Below are positions 50,385 to 63,038 of a stretch of 64,000 nt of DNA, one piece after another. The notes beneath the pieces are model-generated. The model was not told the DNA's origin. It searched no databases and was given only the letters and a program-made list of their open reading frames with translations. Numbering within the stretch: the stretch's first letter is position 1; every line of letters begins with the position of its first letter. The stretch covers positions 384,522 through 448,521 of the forward strand of contig NMRA01000368.1 in NCBI GenBank assembly GCA_002633005.1, written 5' to 3'. The DNA comes from Phoronis australis (Eukaryota; Animalia; Phoronida). The position numbers were made by a program, and so were the translations under genes.

Positions 50385-53300
50385 ATCCGTATCTTTTGTT
50401 TACATTTTCGATGTCTATAACCGTTTTTCGTGCTTTTCACTGTTCGAAAACCATACGTTTTCTTGTAAATTGGCTCGACACCACTTACTCAGCTGCTCCG
50501 CTGGGACCACCGACACCGAATTCCTCAGCAACGCCGGATGTATCGACGTCTTTGAAAATCGCAGTGGCAAAATCTTCGCCTATATTTGTAATTAGTGATC
50601 GTTAATAACTTCACCAATTTTACAGAATACAATCAGACACTGTTTTCTGTCAAAAAACATTTAGTTTCTTTTTAAGTCTTAGTTCGGCTGGCTACCATAT
50701 GTCGAGTAGGTTTAGACAACATATTTGACGTCAATGAAACGTAATCAGTTTCATGTGACATGTACCCAGTACCTTCAAAAGAAACGATTATCCCTTCTAA
50801 ATGTATCTAGAAAGTTATCAACCAATTTTTACAGTTCAATACACTGTAGTATTGCTGGCAGGTTTACATAGTCTGGTATCGTCAGTGGCCAGACCAAGTG
50901 CGCTGTGACGTCATTAAACTGCGGCCGAATCGGAATATTTCATGTCAGTTCTTTCACTTTTTCTGTTCACATTCTCGATGACAACAATCGTTTTTTAAAA
51001 AACCCCGTTTTCTTATTCAACAACCATTACGTATCCTTGTATCGTTCACTTGCGTTGACAACACGAGTGGTTGCGCCGCCGTCAGACCACCCCTCAGTGA
51101 CAAAATTTTCGTGTATATTTGTAATTACTGATCCTTGACAACTTCGTACCGATAGCAAATAATACACTCCGACACTATTTGCAGTTCAGAAAACATAAAG
51201 CTTTCTTTTAAGTTTTACATTGGCTGACTACCAGGAGGTCCACTAGACGACAAAGTTGACGTCCATGAAAAGTAATTAATTTCATTTGTACCCAGTAGCT
51301 CCAACAGAACCATTACCTCTTCTTAATCGGTGGGCCAGATTTTGTAGGGCCTCTAGAAAATGGTTTTTGTGAGTACTTTAGGTGGGCAATTTTATTTTGG
51401 TGTTTTTTAATTCATTTATTAGAGTGTTTTCAAAATCTAAAAAGTTCCCACGTATAAAGTAGCACATTTTTTAGAAATTTGAGTTTAAGTTACCTAATAA
51501 TCACCAAAGAGCTTAGTAAACTTATATTTGTAAAAACAACAGTTTTGGTGACTTTTTTTGTAAAACAAGTAATATGGTCCCATCAGTGCCATTGCATTGA
51601 ACAATATTACACTCATATTACATGTTTTACTATGTAAATTGTTAATTAACAGTGAAATTTAAAAAATGTAAAGAGACACCTAGTGGCGAAAATGCAAATT
51701 AAGTCTGAATGTTACTAGTAAGTTATTCTGGCATTATCAGGCAACAAAAATAACACAAAACACTTGAGACTGGGCAAAATTTGTGCCTCAATGACTAAAA
51801 CATTGACTAATGGTGTAAAATACAGCTTGTTTGCATAATACACCAGAAATACGTTATAGTACAAAAACAATGTAGGTGAATGATCTCTGTGAATGTGCAC
51901 AAAGACTGTATGAAAATAATAGATTATTTTGACAGCGTTTATCAAGCAGTATGAGACAAATACATGACAATGATCAAAGTATGTACTTTCTATGACTTAA
52001 TCAACAAATAAAATTAACTTTTTAATACAAAAAAGGAAATAACGGGGTTGGAGGTCTATTTAGGATTGACTTGTCAAGGAACTATCCAATGTTATGAAGT
52101 CAGTGTCTCTAGAAAGTTATCAGGCAATTTTTACTTCTCAATACACTACAGTTTTGCTTGCAGACTTACTTTTGGCCCGACCGAGTGCGCTGTGAAGTCA
52201 TCAAACTCGCGGAATCGGGATATTTCATTTCATAAGTTATTTCGCTTTTTCGTCTAAAATCACTTCATCTGTCCACAGTTTCCGGCGATGTCTAGAATCG
52301 TTTTTCATGCTTTTCACTGTTCAAAAACCATTGCGTTTTCTTGTAAGTTTCAATTGGCTTGACAGCACGAATGTAACGCGAATGTAATGGTTTTCTGTCA
52401 GTGAAAAGCGCGAAAAAACGATTACAGGCGTCGAAAATGTGAACAGAAGAAATGTTTTTGAGGGAAAAGTAAAAGAACATATATAATATTCCGATTCGCG
52501 AGTTTAATGACGTCACAGCGCACTCGGTCCGGCCGGTGGCGAGACCGGACCAAGTAAACCTGCAGGCAAAACTACATGTTGAGCCTTAAAATTGTTTGAT
52601 AAATCTCAAAAGACACGTACAAGAGGTATTTTTGGAGCTGCTTGGTACGTGCCAAATGAAATTAATTACTTGTAATTGAACCGAGTAAAACTTTAAAAGA
52701 AATTTTATATTTTGAGACGCAAATAGGATCTGATGTGTTCTGTGGAATCGGCATGAAGTTGTCAACGATCAGTAATTACAAATATAGGCGAATATTTTGC
52801 CACTTCAAATTTTCAAAACGTACTTCGATAGACCGTTGCCTGAGAGGTGGTCCCAGCGGGGTAACTCTCTTGCATGGTGTCAAGCCAAGTGAACGATACA
52901 AGGAAACGTAATGGTTTTTGAACCTCCTGGTAGCCAAATTTTGAGTATGGTGACGTGACAGCGCACTCGGTCTGGCCAGTGTGAGGAGACCCTACAAAGT
53001 CAACCAGCAAATGACAACTGTAGCGTATTGAGCAGTAAAAATGGTTGATAACTTTCTCAACACTCCAGCCTCCCGTTCAGTAACGCTAGGACCTCGCTAA
53101 AAAGCAAGACTTCGCGAGATTACGTGAGATGTTGCCGTGTATTTAAAGTGAGAACACGTGACGTTGACTAGGTTTTAGCTAGGTCCTAGCGTAGGTCCTA
53201 GCGTCTACTGAACGCACGGCTGGTTTCAGGCCAAGTGAAGGGTATACAAGAAAAGATAGTTGTTTTTGTACGGTGAAAAGCACGAAAAACGATTATAGAC

Positions 53301-53645
53301 ATCAAAAATTTGAACAGGAAAAGCGGTCTTTGAAGGAAACGTGAAAGACTTTATGAAATAAATAATCAGATTTTGCAAGTTTGATTACGTCACAGTGCAC
53401 TCGGTCTGGTTTTCGAACAGTGAAAAGCACGAAAAACGGTTATATAAACATCGCAAATGCAAATAAAAGAAACGGATTTTGATGACAAAGACAGAGAACT
53501 GGTGCAATGGATTCCGCGAGTTTCAGTGATGACGGGCCACAGTCGCGCTTATCGGGCCCTCTCTCTCGTGACGAGACCAGACAAGTGATTCCTGCAAGCA
53601 AAGCTACAGGATACTGAGCTGTAAAGTTTGGTTGATAAATCTCTC
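50385..53645. repeat. Foldback-like array of diverged units up to about 500 bp, forward on the left and inverted on the right
   Basis: Marker GCGCTGTGA(C/A)GTCA..AAACT forward at about 50900 and 52187; inverted at about 52505, 52950, 53385, 53530; symmetry centre near 52360. Confidence 0.7.
53065..53223. mobile_element. 159-bp MITE inserted in the foldback array
   Basis: CCAGCCTCCCGTTCAGTAACGCTAGGACCT ... AGGTCCTAGCGTCTACTGAACGCACGGCTGG. Confidence 0.7.
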
Positions 53646-53759
53646 GTGAAATGCAGATGAAAAAATTAAAATCAGATGTGAAATCTAAATGTTTGATTTG
53701 TGGCGTTGTGTGTTATTGGGTGCCCCCATCCCGCCGCCAGCTGTAATGGCTAAATTAGT

Positions 53760-54660
53760 TTGCTTACTCTACTTATTCAAAAGAACTGAGTATGGGGTCC
53801 ATCTTTGCCTATGTGCCTCCCAACAGTCAATGACCAAACTACAGAGGATTCAAAACCAGGCCATGAGGATAGTAACCAGTGCAGCTAGACCCACTCCGGT
53901 AGACAGTCTCCAATACTGGTTAGGTATCAATAGCTTCCATACTAAACAGAAGACACTAGCAGCCCGCATTTCTAAAGGCAGCTACAACCAATTCTCATCC
54001 TCTGTACCTGGACTTGAGAGAGCATAGTGATGAGCACACTGCACAGAGCCTGAAAACTGTTCAGTCATGGGTTATCGGAGCTAGGGAGCTTGTCGAAGAG
54101 GTATGTCCAGTAGAGAACATCAACATCATAGAGTGGTCGAAAGCCACAAACTTCGTCATCAACACCATGGAGATTGGAGGCCGTTCATTGGCGGGAAATA
54201 GCCGAGTGTATCAACCAAACAACTGTATCGGAATGGCTTGAAGAACAATCTCCCACAGTCATTGTTGCAACGGACGGCTCACTAAGAGATGACACTACGG
54301 CTGGGNGCAGCAGTTGCGTGGCCTCGCGAGGGTCAACGCCTCTTCGGATGGTCAACAGCACGGGTTGGAAAATCCTCGTCTTAAGTTAGAGCTGAATGTG
54401 AAGCATATGAAGACGCCCTAGTCTGGCTCCCACAGAACACACAGCACCTGCAGACAGATTATTTCTACTTACAGACTCCCTCAGCCTCATTAGCAGGCTA
54501 AAAACTGGTCGTGAAGCTTCCTGGATCCTTCTGTTCAGCTCTATTAATGGTCTCTTCACCACCAGGACACTGCCGTGGCATCTCATTCAACGTCAAGGCG
54601 GATGAGCTCGCAGGCATCGCAGAACCGATTGCCGACCTGCTCCTTACACCAGCAGATGCA
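53760..54660 (+). mobile_element. Fragment of a second RNase-H-bearing LINE (RT C-terminus plus RNase H)
   Basis: EYG...KLQRIQNQAMRIVTSAARPTPV; ATDGS; FLLTDSLS; PGHC..ISFNVKADELA; frameshifted. Confidence 0.75.
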
Positions 54661-55741
54661 ATCTCCAGATTGCGTGATTCGCTTACAGTTGCCGAGATTG
54701 TACAACAGCAAGAGAGATGGGCAACAAAGCGCGTCATGAGAGCGAGGGTGGCAGTACGGAGATGCAGCAAAAATTCGATCCTATGGCGACTCTGGTACGC
54801 ATCTGCTAGCAAGAATCCGCGAAAAGAGCGAAGGTTGTTTTTGAGGTCCAAATTGGTGAAAGGCCGAAAGGGGTATCAATTTAGACAACTTCGTGGAAAA
54901 TGGTCAAGTGGTCACAATTATAAAAAAATTAGAAAAGGTGAAATGCTGCTACATGTCCTCCATCATTATGTCAGGAAAACTTTAGTGGGAATCTTGGCAC
55001 GGGCAAACACCATTCAGAATCGATGATGCTGTTTCATTCATTAACAACAGGTGACACTGTAATCTTGAGTTGAGCTAACATGGCGGTGTCAACCGGGAAA
55101 TAGTGTGAACCGAAATTCGAGGATAAAATACGGAGCACACGCGGTAGGGGAAACATACATTTTTGGAAAGATAACGTTGCGAGGAATCGATCAATACCAA
55201 AATCATGTGTGTTGGTCAATGTCGTCACATTGTAAACAATTACTGTAGTAGTGCCGAGTTTTGAGAACCACTTTATTGCTCTTTATGCAGTGAAGGAAAC
55301 TGGTTCTCACCACCCACGTGGATTCGGATATAGCCAACGGGTTAAGGACCGTTAAGGTCCGCCTCGCTGGTTCCCTGCGTTTTGCTAGGTGGCAGAGAAC
55401 ACCCAGTTATCATTTAATATTCCTCGGGAAACTTATTTATATCCGCCCGGCGTTTCTGTTTGGTTGGTCAAATTCTCAACAGGCAACGCAAACAAACTGG
55501 TATGACTGATGGAGGAAGTGTATGTAAATGTGGTCTGTTGTACAGACATGAATCTGTGCCTAAAATGTGAATCCCAGAAAATTGTGGTTGCGCCTTTTCG
55601 GAGTGCATCTTTCTACCGTCGTTGACTTTCTCGTTTACATTGCTGTCCTGTATTCAAACAATATGAATAACACACTGGTTTAAATCGGCCAATGTGTGTT
55701 AGTTTACATATGGTGACCCAGCACGACAAAATGAGTCTTAA

Positions 55742-57080
55742 AGGCGAAGGCAACCTTTTTCATGTCACTTTTAGCAAAAAATAAGGTTTCGTTGATTATC
55801 CCAGACACATTTTTCACTCAATAACAGCTTGTCATATTTTGATTAATTTCTCGTCCTCTACTCCAGAAGTGACGTTTTGGTAGGCAAGAGTTTCGCGCCA
55901 ATTTCTTTTCATTATATTCTGACTGTGAGAGCTGTCGAGTCAGTCATTGTTCTACCTCGGTTGTGATAATTTCGGTCGTCGTTTGCTTTTGTTTACAAGT
56001 CAGTCAACATGTTATGCTGTTGCTGCGTGGTGGGATGTACTCATTATCGTCTCACACGCGCTTTGGGTACATTGCGTCGCTTTCCGAAGGATGACGCACT
56101 TTGCCGTACTTGGCTAGCTCGTTCATGTGAAGAACCCAGCGCTACCCGTCCACGCAATGTACAAAGCAGTGGAGGGTTACCGAGTGTGTGGCAAGCATTT
56201 TCTGCAGTCAGATTATGACAGAGATATGTACGCTGAATTGATGAAGGTCCCGGCGAAACAACGCCTGAAGAAGGTTACCATACCGTCGCTGTTGATTCCC
56301 GGCAGTGCCCCGTCGCCAACTCTGAGAAGTGCGTTTTTGAAGCGAGAAGCCTCGCGAGCTGTGGCCCGCACTATACAGTGACTGAAGGCACTTCATCTAC
56401 TGTCACCCGTGCCTCCAAACGTACCCCCATTGCGTGCAATTCCGGGAACTAGCAGTGATTCGCCCTGTGTTGTTGTCTCTAGCCCCATCAGAGCCTGTAA
56501 GCAGCCCTGCAGCGATGTTGAGTAGTGGTAGTGAATACAGGCCCAGTTCGACACCCAGTGAAGAGGACAGTTCGTCATCCAATGAACAGATCGGTGAGCC
56601 TAAGTTTGATAAGTTTATTGTGGACTTTGGAGCTATTTGGAAGGTGCCAGGTGTGTGACGAGGGAGTCACACGGCGGGATGTAAGCAGTTTGGGTGCTCA
56701 GATCACCCTCCAGTGGGAGTGTGTCGCGGGACACTCCGGCGGGCAAGTGGGACAGTTCTTCCTCTGTACGTGAGATGATAATGAGTACACCCCAGTACGC
56801 AGAAACAGCGTGGCATGTTGACTGACTCGAAAGCAAAAGCAAACGACGACCGAATTTATCACAACCGAGGTAAAACAATGACTGACTCGACTGCTCTCAC
56901 AGTCAGACTATATGAAGAGAAATTGGCGCGAAATTCCTGGCTCCCAAAACGTCACTTCTGGAGTAGACAACGAGTAATTAATTAAATTACGAAAAGCAGT
57001 AAATAAGTGAAAAATATGTCTGGGATAATCAAGGAACCTTATTTTTGCTAAAAATGACATGAAAAAGGTTGCCTTCGCCT
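55742..57080 (+). mobile_element. Kolobok-like THAP DNA transposon deletion derivative with about 310-bp inverted repeats
   Basis: TTAA|AGGCGAAGGCAACC...GGTTGCCTTCGCC-TTAA; inverted repeats 55742-56055 and 56770-57080. Confidence 0.8.
56009..56760 (+). pseudogene. Frameshifted THAP zinc-finger transposase N-terminus
   Basis: CVVGC...RFPKD...W / RVCGKHF...RLKKVTIPSL (THAP C2CH signature), then KFIV and CQVC...GAQITLQWECVAGH. Confidence 0.8.
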
Positions 57081-59452
57081 TAAAGTCGGAAACTCTATTT
57101 CCTGACCAGACTGCAAACAGTAGCTTTCGGTGAAACATGATTAGGTCATTTTTTTATGGCAGATTATGATTATTTATTCATTATACTTAACAAAACGTTG
57201 CTTTAAAACAAGCAAACTTCATTTTAAACCTTATTTATTTCATTTTGAAAAGCATCACCTTCTCCACGACTGGATAGCTCGTGAAATTTTCATCAAAATT
57301 TGCCGGTTTTCGTGACCCCATTGCTCAGTCACCCGATGACCCAATTCGCTCGCAAACACATCAACAGAAAGGTCAAACCTCTGCTCATTATGCATGTAGT
57401 AAGCTCTTTGAGTTTTTCGTCCAATCATTAGTCGTAATTTCGCTTTTTGCACTCGGGATAAATTCAACAGAAGTGTCAGGCTCACCAGTCTTTTTGCTAG
57501 CAACGACCTTTTAACCTAATACATCGCTGACCTCATTTGCTAGAACTAGTTGTTCTAGCGGAGGACCTCACAGTTTCATGCCCACTTAAAAGTGTAGCTG
57601 ATATCTCAGTGATTTACTCTTGCCACTGACTGCCGTATCAAGATCAGCGAGAATTAACTGAACTCATCGAAGAGCACATTGTGGATGGGGACAAGGAGGA
57701 ATTTCGTGACAGCGACGAGTCGTCTGACGGCAGCAACTCGTCGCCAGATGAGTTTCATGATCGACCCATCGTGAATACGGTTACCGGTACGTTGGATTGG
57801 AACAAGCAGAACTTGAAGAAAACTGTCCGGATTAGCTTAATCGCAGAATAATGTCTTGTACCTGCAAATTAAAGCCAGTGGATCGTGGTGCAAGTGTTGA
57901 GTAGTTAGTTATGTAACTGTTAGGTGGCGCTAGTGGAGGGAGTTGGAATAAAGATGGCTTCCGTCTAAGACTGTGTTTATTTTATCTCATACAAAATCCG
58001 TCAACATCAACTCAAGCAGCTGAGTATTACTTTAAGGGAGAACAATCTTCGATAGGCCTGAATCACTCGGTGAGAAGTCCGGGAAATCGTTGCTCTGCAG
58101 TCACTGTCAGTTGATTTGGATAGGGATGAGTGATTGTCATTTTTTTCAAAATTATTTATTCTAGCATAAAATTTTGAATTATTGTGAACAAAGGTCATCC
58201 ATTAATGTGTATTTTGTAATCTACAGGACTTCGTTTTATTAAACTTCTCCAAAATACACTTTAACTACCGGTACCTGTTTCACTTGCGGTAACCCCTCCT
58301 GTTCTGCCACAAGAGGACTGATCCTGTATACATTAGCTGGGAAATTTATTGACCCAGTTGCAGCAACCCAACATGAATATCACTCGTTTTTGTCTGAAAT
58401 TACGTAATAAGGTCTATATTTTTCTTATTTTTGATTACTTTTATTTGTTTATATGGTTGTGTTTACTAATAAGTCTAGACTGTAGCATTCAATTGCGGGT
58501 TGCTATGGAAATTTTAAAAACACTATCGGCACTTTTTCTCAGCCGTTTTCCTTGACTTTTGTAAGCTCTAAATTTTCGCTTTTCCCGACTAGAATTGGCA
58601 ATAACTCGGTCATTTGTTAAGATAAGGACATGTTTCATACATCAAAATGATCAGAAAGTACTGTATTTTCAGAAAAAATAACAATTACAAAAATGACAAA
58701 TCCCGACTTAAGACTCATTTTGTGGTGCTGAGTCAAATACCTGTAATATCTGTCACGGACAGGATCATTGGGGATATGCTGGTGCATTAATCCCCTCTCC
58801 ATACCATCAATTCTAATGTTGTAACGAAATATTTTGATTAAAAATTCATCTCGTGCTAGGCAAGCAGTTAGTTCCGGTAGGTCTAGGTCTGTCAAAGTCA
58901 AATTAATGCGTGGAATTGGCCATAATTGCACCATTAAAACAAGTTAGGCCTGCCTCAGTTCTGGCGAACTTCGCATTTTTTGTACTTTCATTGCATAAAG
59001 GTAGCGTTCAATTAATTTTAAACGTAGCATGATCACTAAGCTGATGATTACAGAAGATGACAAGTCTGGTGTAGTGGCAAAAATAGCCATTTACAAAAAT
59101 AACACAAATTCTTTTTTAAAGCTTCATAAATCTAAATATTATGCTAGAACAACTTCAAAATGAGGTCTCTCTAGCTCTACAGGTAAAGTGTATACTAGAG
59201 GTTCTCATCGAAAAGTAATTGTTTATTTTTTCGTGACAACAGCTCGAACAAGTTACTAGTCGCTGACCAGGTCATTGATGATTTGAAGCACTTCTCACGC
59301 TTTTATCATGACTGCAGGAGACACAATATGCCTAGACAAATTTTGCCTGTGCGGCAACATTAGTCGAGGTATAAATATTCAAAGAGAAAAGTGTAACTTT
59401 GACCTAAAGAATCACAAATTGTTTTAATTTCAATATTATTTAAATTTCAGAA

Positions 59453-61351
59453 ATGGCCGAAGCTGCTGCAAGCATTGAAGAAAGTTTGTCGTGCACAATA
59501 TGTTTGTCATTATTCAACCACCCCAAGGCTTTGCCATGTCTTCACACGTTTTGTGAGGATTGTCTGCGTGATCATATTGAAGCCACCAAGAAAAAAGGTT
59601 GTTTCTTATGTCCTCTGTGTAAGAGTAAGATTGAAATGCCTAAAAATGGTGTTCAAGGGTTCAAAGATAATTTCTATTTCAATTCACTCATGGACAGTTT
59701 AAACATTGCCCCTAAAACGACGGTTCAAAACCTGTGTGAATTGTGCCAGTTAGACAATGTTGAAAGCGAGGCTATCTTTACCTGTGTTCAGTGTGAAGAC
59801 AAGCTTTGTGAGCCATGCTCTGTTGGTCACACTAAGTCACGAATGACCAGAGGACACAAAGTAGTCAAGCTGGTCAAGGGTCCCAAGTCAAGTCCTTCAA
59901 AACAGATGCTACCTGCTAAGCAGGATAAATGTCCATACCACGCCGATCGTTTCTTAGATATCTATTGCAAAAGCTGCGAGTCCCTGACTTGTTCATGGTG
60001 TCTGACTGTCTCACATGTCAACCACACTTGGGTAAACACCAGTCAAGCTTATGGAGAGATCAAAGCTGGAATACCGTCAACCCTGCAAGCTATCGAGTCA
60101 TTGGTAGAGTATGAGTCCCAGTTTGAGAAAATGGAGAGTAACTGCAACGACGAAATAACACGTGTGTCAGGAGCTATATCTAAACATTTTGAGGATGTTC
60201 GCAAATCTGCCACAGCGATGGAGACCCGGTTACTGAGTGATGTCACAGCCAGGGGCACGGGCATCCGGAGTGACTTGACATCGCAATTAAACAAAATCCG
60301 GCTGCAGTTAAAAGTGCACAAAGAGTCGTTAGTTTTGTCTGACAAGTACATTAACTGCAGCAGTCAACACGAAAAATGCCAACTACTTAAACTTGTGATG
60401 GACAGTTTGAAGAAACAAGAGCAGGTACCAGGAATGTATTCAGCGGTTGTACCAAAATTTTATGTACAATTTTCGCAGCTGGATGATTTTCAGTGTTCTA
60501 TGAAGCTGCAGGACGAAACACGTCTTGTGTCAAAAATGAAATTGTTAACACAACCGTGTTTTGTCTCCGAATTTGATTCAGAATTGAGGAGAGACGACGA
60601 CCCAGAGTGTTTCGGCATCCATTTCATGAATAATCGATATCTTATTGCGGATGGAAACAATGGTAGTGTGAAGGTTTTCGGAAAAGGAGGCAAATTCCAG
60701 AGATTCATCGACGAACACGAATTAACCCGCCCGTGTGATGTCGCAAGCAATGACAAAGGGGAAATTTTTGTCACAGACAACTTCATTCACGGAATATACT
60801 ATTACAATGAGAGATTCAAACAAATATCTGTAGTTCGTAACATTTATAAGAAATGGGGGCGAGTTACATGCTTAGGCAATAAATTGTTGGTATCAGGAAA
60901 TGGTCGCCTGTCAGTACTTTCGTATGACCACCAAAACAACAAGTGGACGACTGAGGTTGTTTTAGATGCCACTTCCCTTCGTGAAGACAACTTCGATCCG
61001 AATTATGTGGCCACTACGCCTGATGGTAACATCGTAACAACTTGCAAACGTTGCGTCTACATCTTGAGTGGTGTTGATTACTCCATTCTTCACGTGTATG
61101 ACCCAGTAGGGCCTGAGTTGGGAAAGCCAATGGGTGTGTGTTGTGATCAGTGGGGTCATATTTTCATTGTGGATCAGTGCTCAGAAAATGCCTCTGCAGT
61201 GCATGCTATCTCCTCCAGTGGTGATCGACTAGGGGTCTGGGAATTAGGAAACCTGAATGCGACAGATATCACTATTATTGGACATGGACAATTGTCTGTG
61301 GTATACAAAAATGGCCTTGTTCATTCCTTCAGTTATTTAGACAACTTGTAA
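59453..61351 (+). CDS. TRIM-family E3 ubiquitin ligase: RING, two B-boxes, coiled coil, NHL-like beta-propeller (TRIM56/TRIM2/3-like), 632 aa
   Basis: CTICLSLFNHPKALPCLHTFCEDC...CPLC RING; CELC..CVQC..LCEPC..H B-box 1; CPYH..YCKSC..C..C..H..H B-box 2; NHL-like motifs IADGNNGSVKVF, PCDVA, PNYVA, PMGVCCD; TTTCAG acceptor 2 nt before the ATG. Confidence 0.93.
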   Translation: MAEAAASIEESLSCTICLSLFNHPKALPCLHTFCEDCLRDHIEATKKKGCFLCPLCKSKIEMPKNGVQGFKDNFYFNSLMDSLNIAPKTTVQNLCELCQLDNVESEAIFTCVQCEDKLCEPCSVGHTKSRMTRGHKVVKLVKGPKSSPSKQMLPAKQDKCPYHADRFLDIYCKSCESLTCSWCLTVSHVNHTWVNTSQAYGEIKAGIPSTLQAIESLVEYESQFEKMESNCNDEITRVSGAISKHFEDVRKSATAMETRLLSDVTARGTGIRSDLTSQLNKIRLQLKVHKESLVLSDKYINCSSQHEKCQLLKLVMDSLKKQEQVPGMYSAVVPKFYVQFSQLDDFQCSMKLQDETRLVSKMKLLTQPCFVSEFDSELRRDDDPECFGIHFMNNRYLIADGNNGSVKVFGKGGKFQRFIDEHELTRPCDVASNDKGEIFVTDNFIHGIYYYNERFKQISVVRNIYKKWGRVTCLGNKLLVSGNGRLSVLSYDHQNNKWTTEVVLDATSLREDNFDPNYVATTPDGNIVTTCKRCVYILSGVDYSILHVYDPVGPELGKPMGVCCDQWGHIFIVDQCSENASAVHAISSSGDRLGVWELGNLNATDITIIGHGQLSVVYKNGLVHSFSYLDNL

Positions 61352-62332
61352 GGAAACATTTGCCGAGTTCAAAAAGATTGAAGACTTTCTCTTGTATGCT
61401 ATAAATACATACACACATGTATATTTGTGACTATCAGTAAGTCTTGTTTACCTGTTAAGTTCATGACAAAGATTATTGTCTGATATTTGTGATCTTTCCG
61501 CAACGGAAGTCTCCTTTGGTTATTTTCGAAGGATCCGGGGATTTCATGTTGAACAGGCTTCCCAGAAAATGGGATTAAGTTTTAAAGCACTGATCACTTG
61601 CCATCCATGTAACTGTGTATAATAGTGTGCTAGAACCCATGCTGAGACTGAGGCCTTGTGATAATGATGGATATACTTCTTTGTAAACGTACTATTTAGA
61701 GCAAGCTGCAGTAATATTTCACTAATTTCTGACGTTGCCAAATTTGACCTTTTCCATTTCGAAGTCTCATAACAACGTGGTGAGTGCCCGCAGCTTTCCG
61801 GGAATTTCATTTTGCCTATATTCTGTTCTAAATTGGTGAGATTTTATCGTGCGTTTAGTAGTTGGTTGTAAATGAAATTGTATACTGAATACTGGGTTTG
61901 TTTGTATCCACACTGTGTAACTTGTTTGTCAGTAGGCATTCAATGAAACAAATACCACTCGCTGCAGCAAGATGATAAAACACCTAAAATCACTTGCTTT
62001 TGAGCCTGTTTGTGTAGAGTCTTCGTCTGGTAGTTGAAATGACGATGAAAATTAAAGGCATGCTGTGTTCTCAATAAGCTTTTTGAAACCCCGCGCTAAA
62101 ATTTGGCAGCAGGGGAAGGGGGTACAGCTAACTCCCATTTAGTCCGTATTCCAGGCGACACCGGTTTCTAGAGGCCTGGTATCAATCCTTGTTAATGACA
62201 AGGCTCATTCTTTTGTCCTGTCTCGACGCAACGGCACGCAGCGACTCAAAACCGAGGTAAACGAATGAAAACCTACCGCAGCGTTTTGGCCAATTTTTAT
62301 CGCATTTCTTCCTCTAAAGAAGGATTCTATTC

Positions 62333-62425
62333 CAGTGGCGGATTTAGAGGGGGGCAAAGGGGGCCATGCCCCCTCTAAAATTCTCCCAGTTTCAAGTTTG
62401 GCAGTACGGGGGTGCGAATGTCTGA
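62333..62425 (+). mobile_element. CAGTGGCGGAT-family MITE cut by the N at 62426
   Basis: Close similarity to 19562-19655. Confidence 0.6.
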
Positions 62426-62891
62426 NAAGACAACACTAATGGCCACTACAACACGTGGGAGCTCAACTTTGGGTGATATCAAAGGCGGACGGCGACTCCG
62501 GTTTTTCCCGGTAGATATAGAGAAGCATTGTCCAACTGTAAGATACCACTGAGCGGGCCGACTCGGATTTCTTGATGGGCCGGAGGATACAGGAATGTCC
62601 CACAGGGTGGTTGTGCATGATTATCAATCACCTGCCTGCAATCGCCTTGTAGACCCGAAAGTCCATTCACTAAAAGTGCCATATTGGCCTATGTGGGTTT
62701 TATTGTGTATGGATAAAACCCGAGGTGGTTCGAAGAGAAAAATACTTGTGTTCGGTAAGCTACTGGTGCGATAGTATAAACTGTTAAGATATAACATATA
62801 ACATGCAAGTGAACCTATTTGACCAATCAGAATGTGCGCCAAATATAAAACTAACCAATGGGGAAGATTAGCTTGGGCTGGGATGATTTGT

Positions 62892-63038
62892 AAATATTTG
62901 TCAAGAGGTAGCAATTAACAACTTTAAACTGAACATGTACAGGAAATACCCCTAAGCTAAATATATGTCAAGAGGTAACAATCAAGAGGTAACAATTAAT
63001 AATTTAAACTGAACATGTACAGTAAATACCTAAGCTAA
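62892..63038. repeat. Two-copy tandem repeat of about 70-80 bp
   Basis: TCAAGAGGT..CAATTAA...TTTAAACTGAACATGTACAG.AAATACC..TAAGCTAA occurs twice. Confidence 0.7.

Larger units (their letters stand above)
55714..58735. mobile_element. Unclassified TIR element whose left TIR is split by the THAP element
   Basis: Reconstituted left end TGACCCAGCACGACAAAATGAGTCTTAAAGTCGG matches the reverse complement of 58703-58735 (CCGACTTAAGACTCATTTTGTGGTGCTGAGTCA). Confidence 0.6.

Noticed and set aside
62479-62914. Short minus-strand ORFs next to the N at 62426
   Set aside because: No recognisable domain or convincing splice context in any frame.
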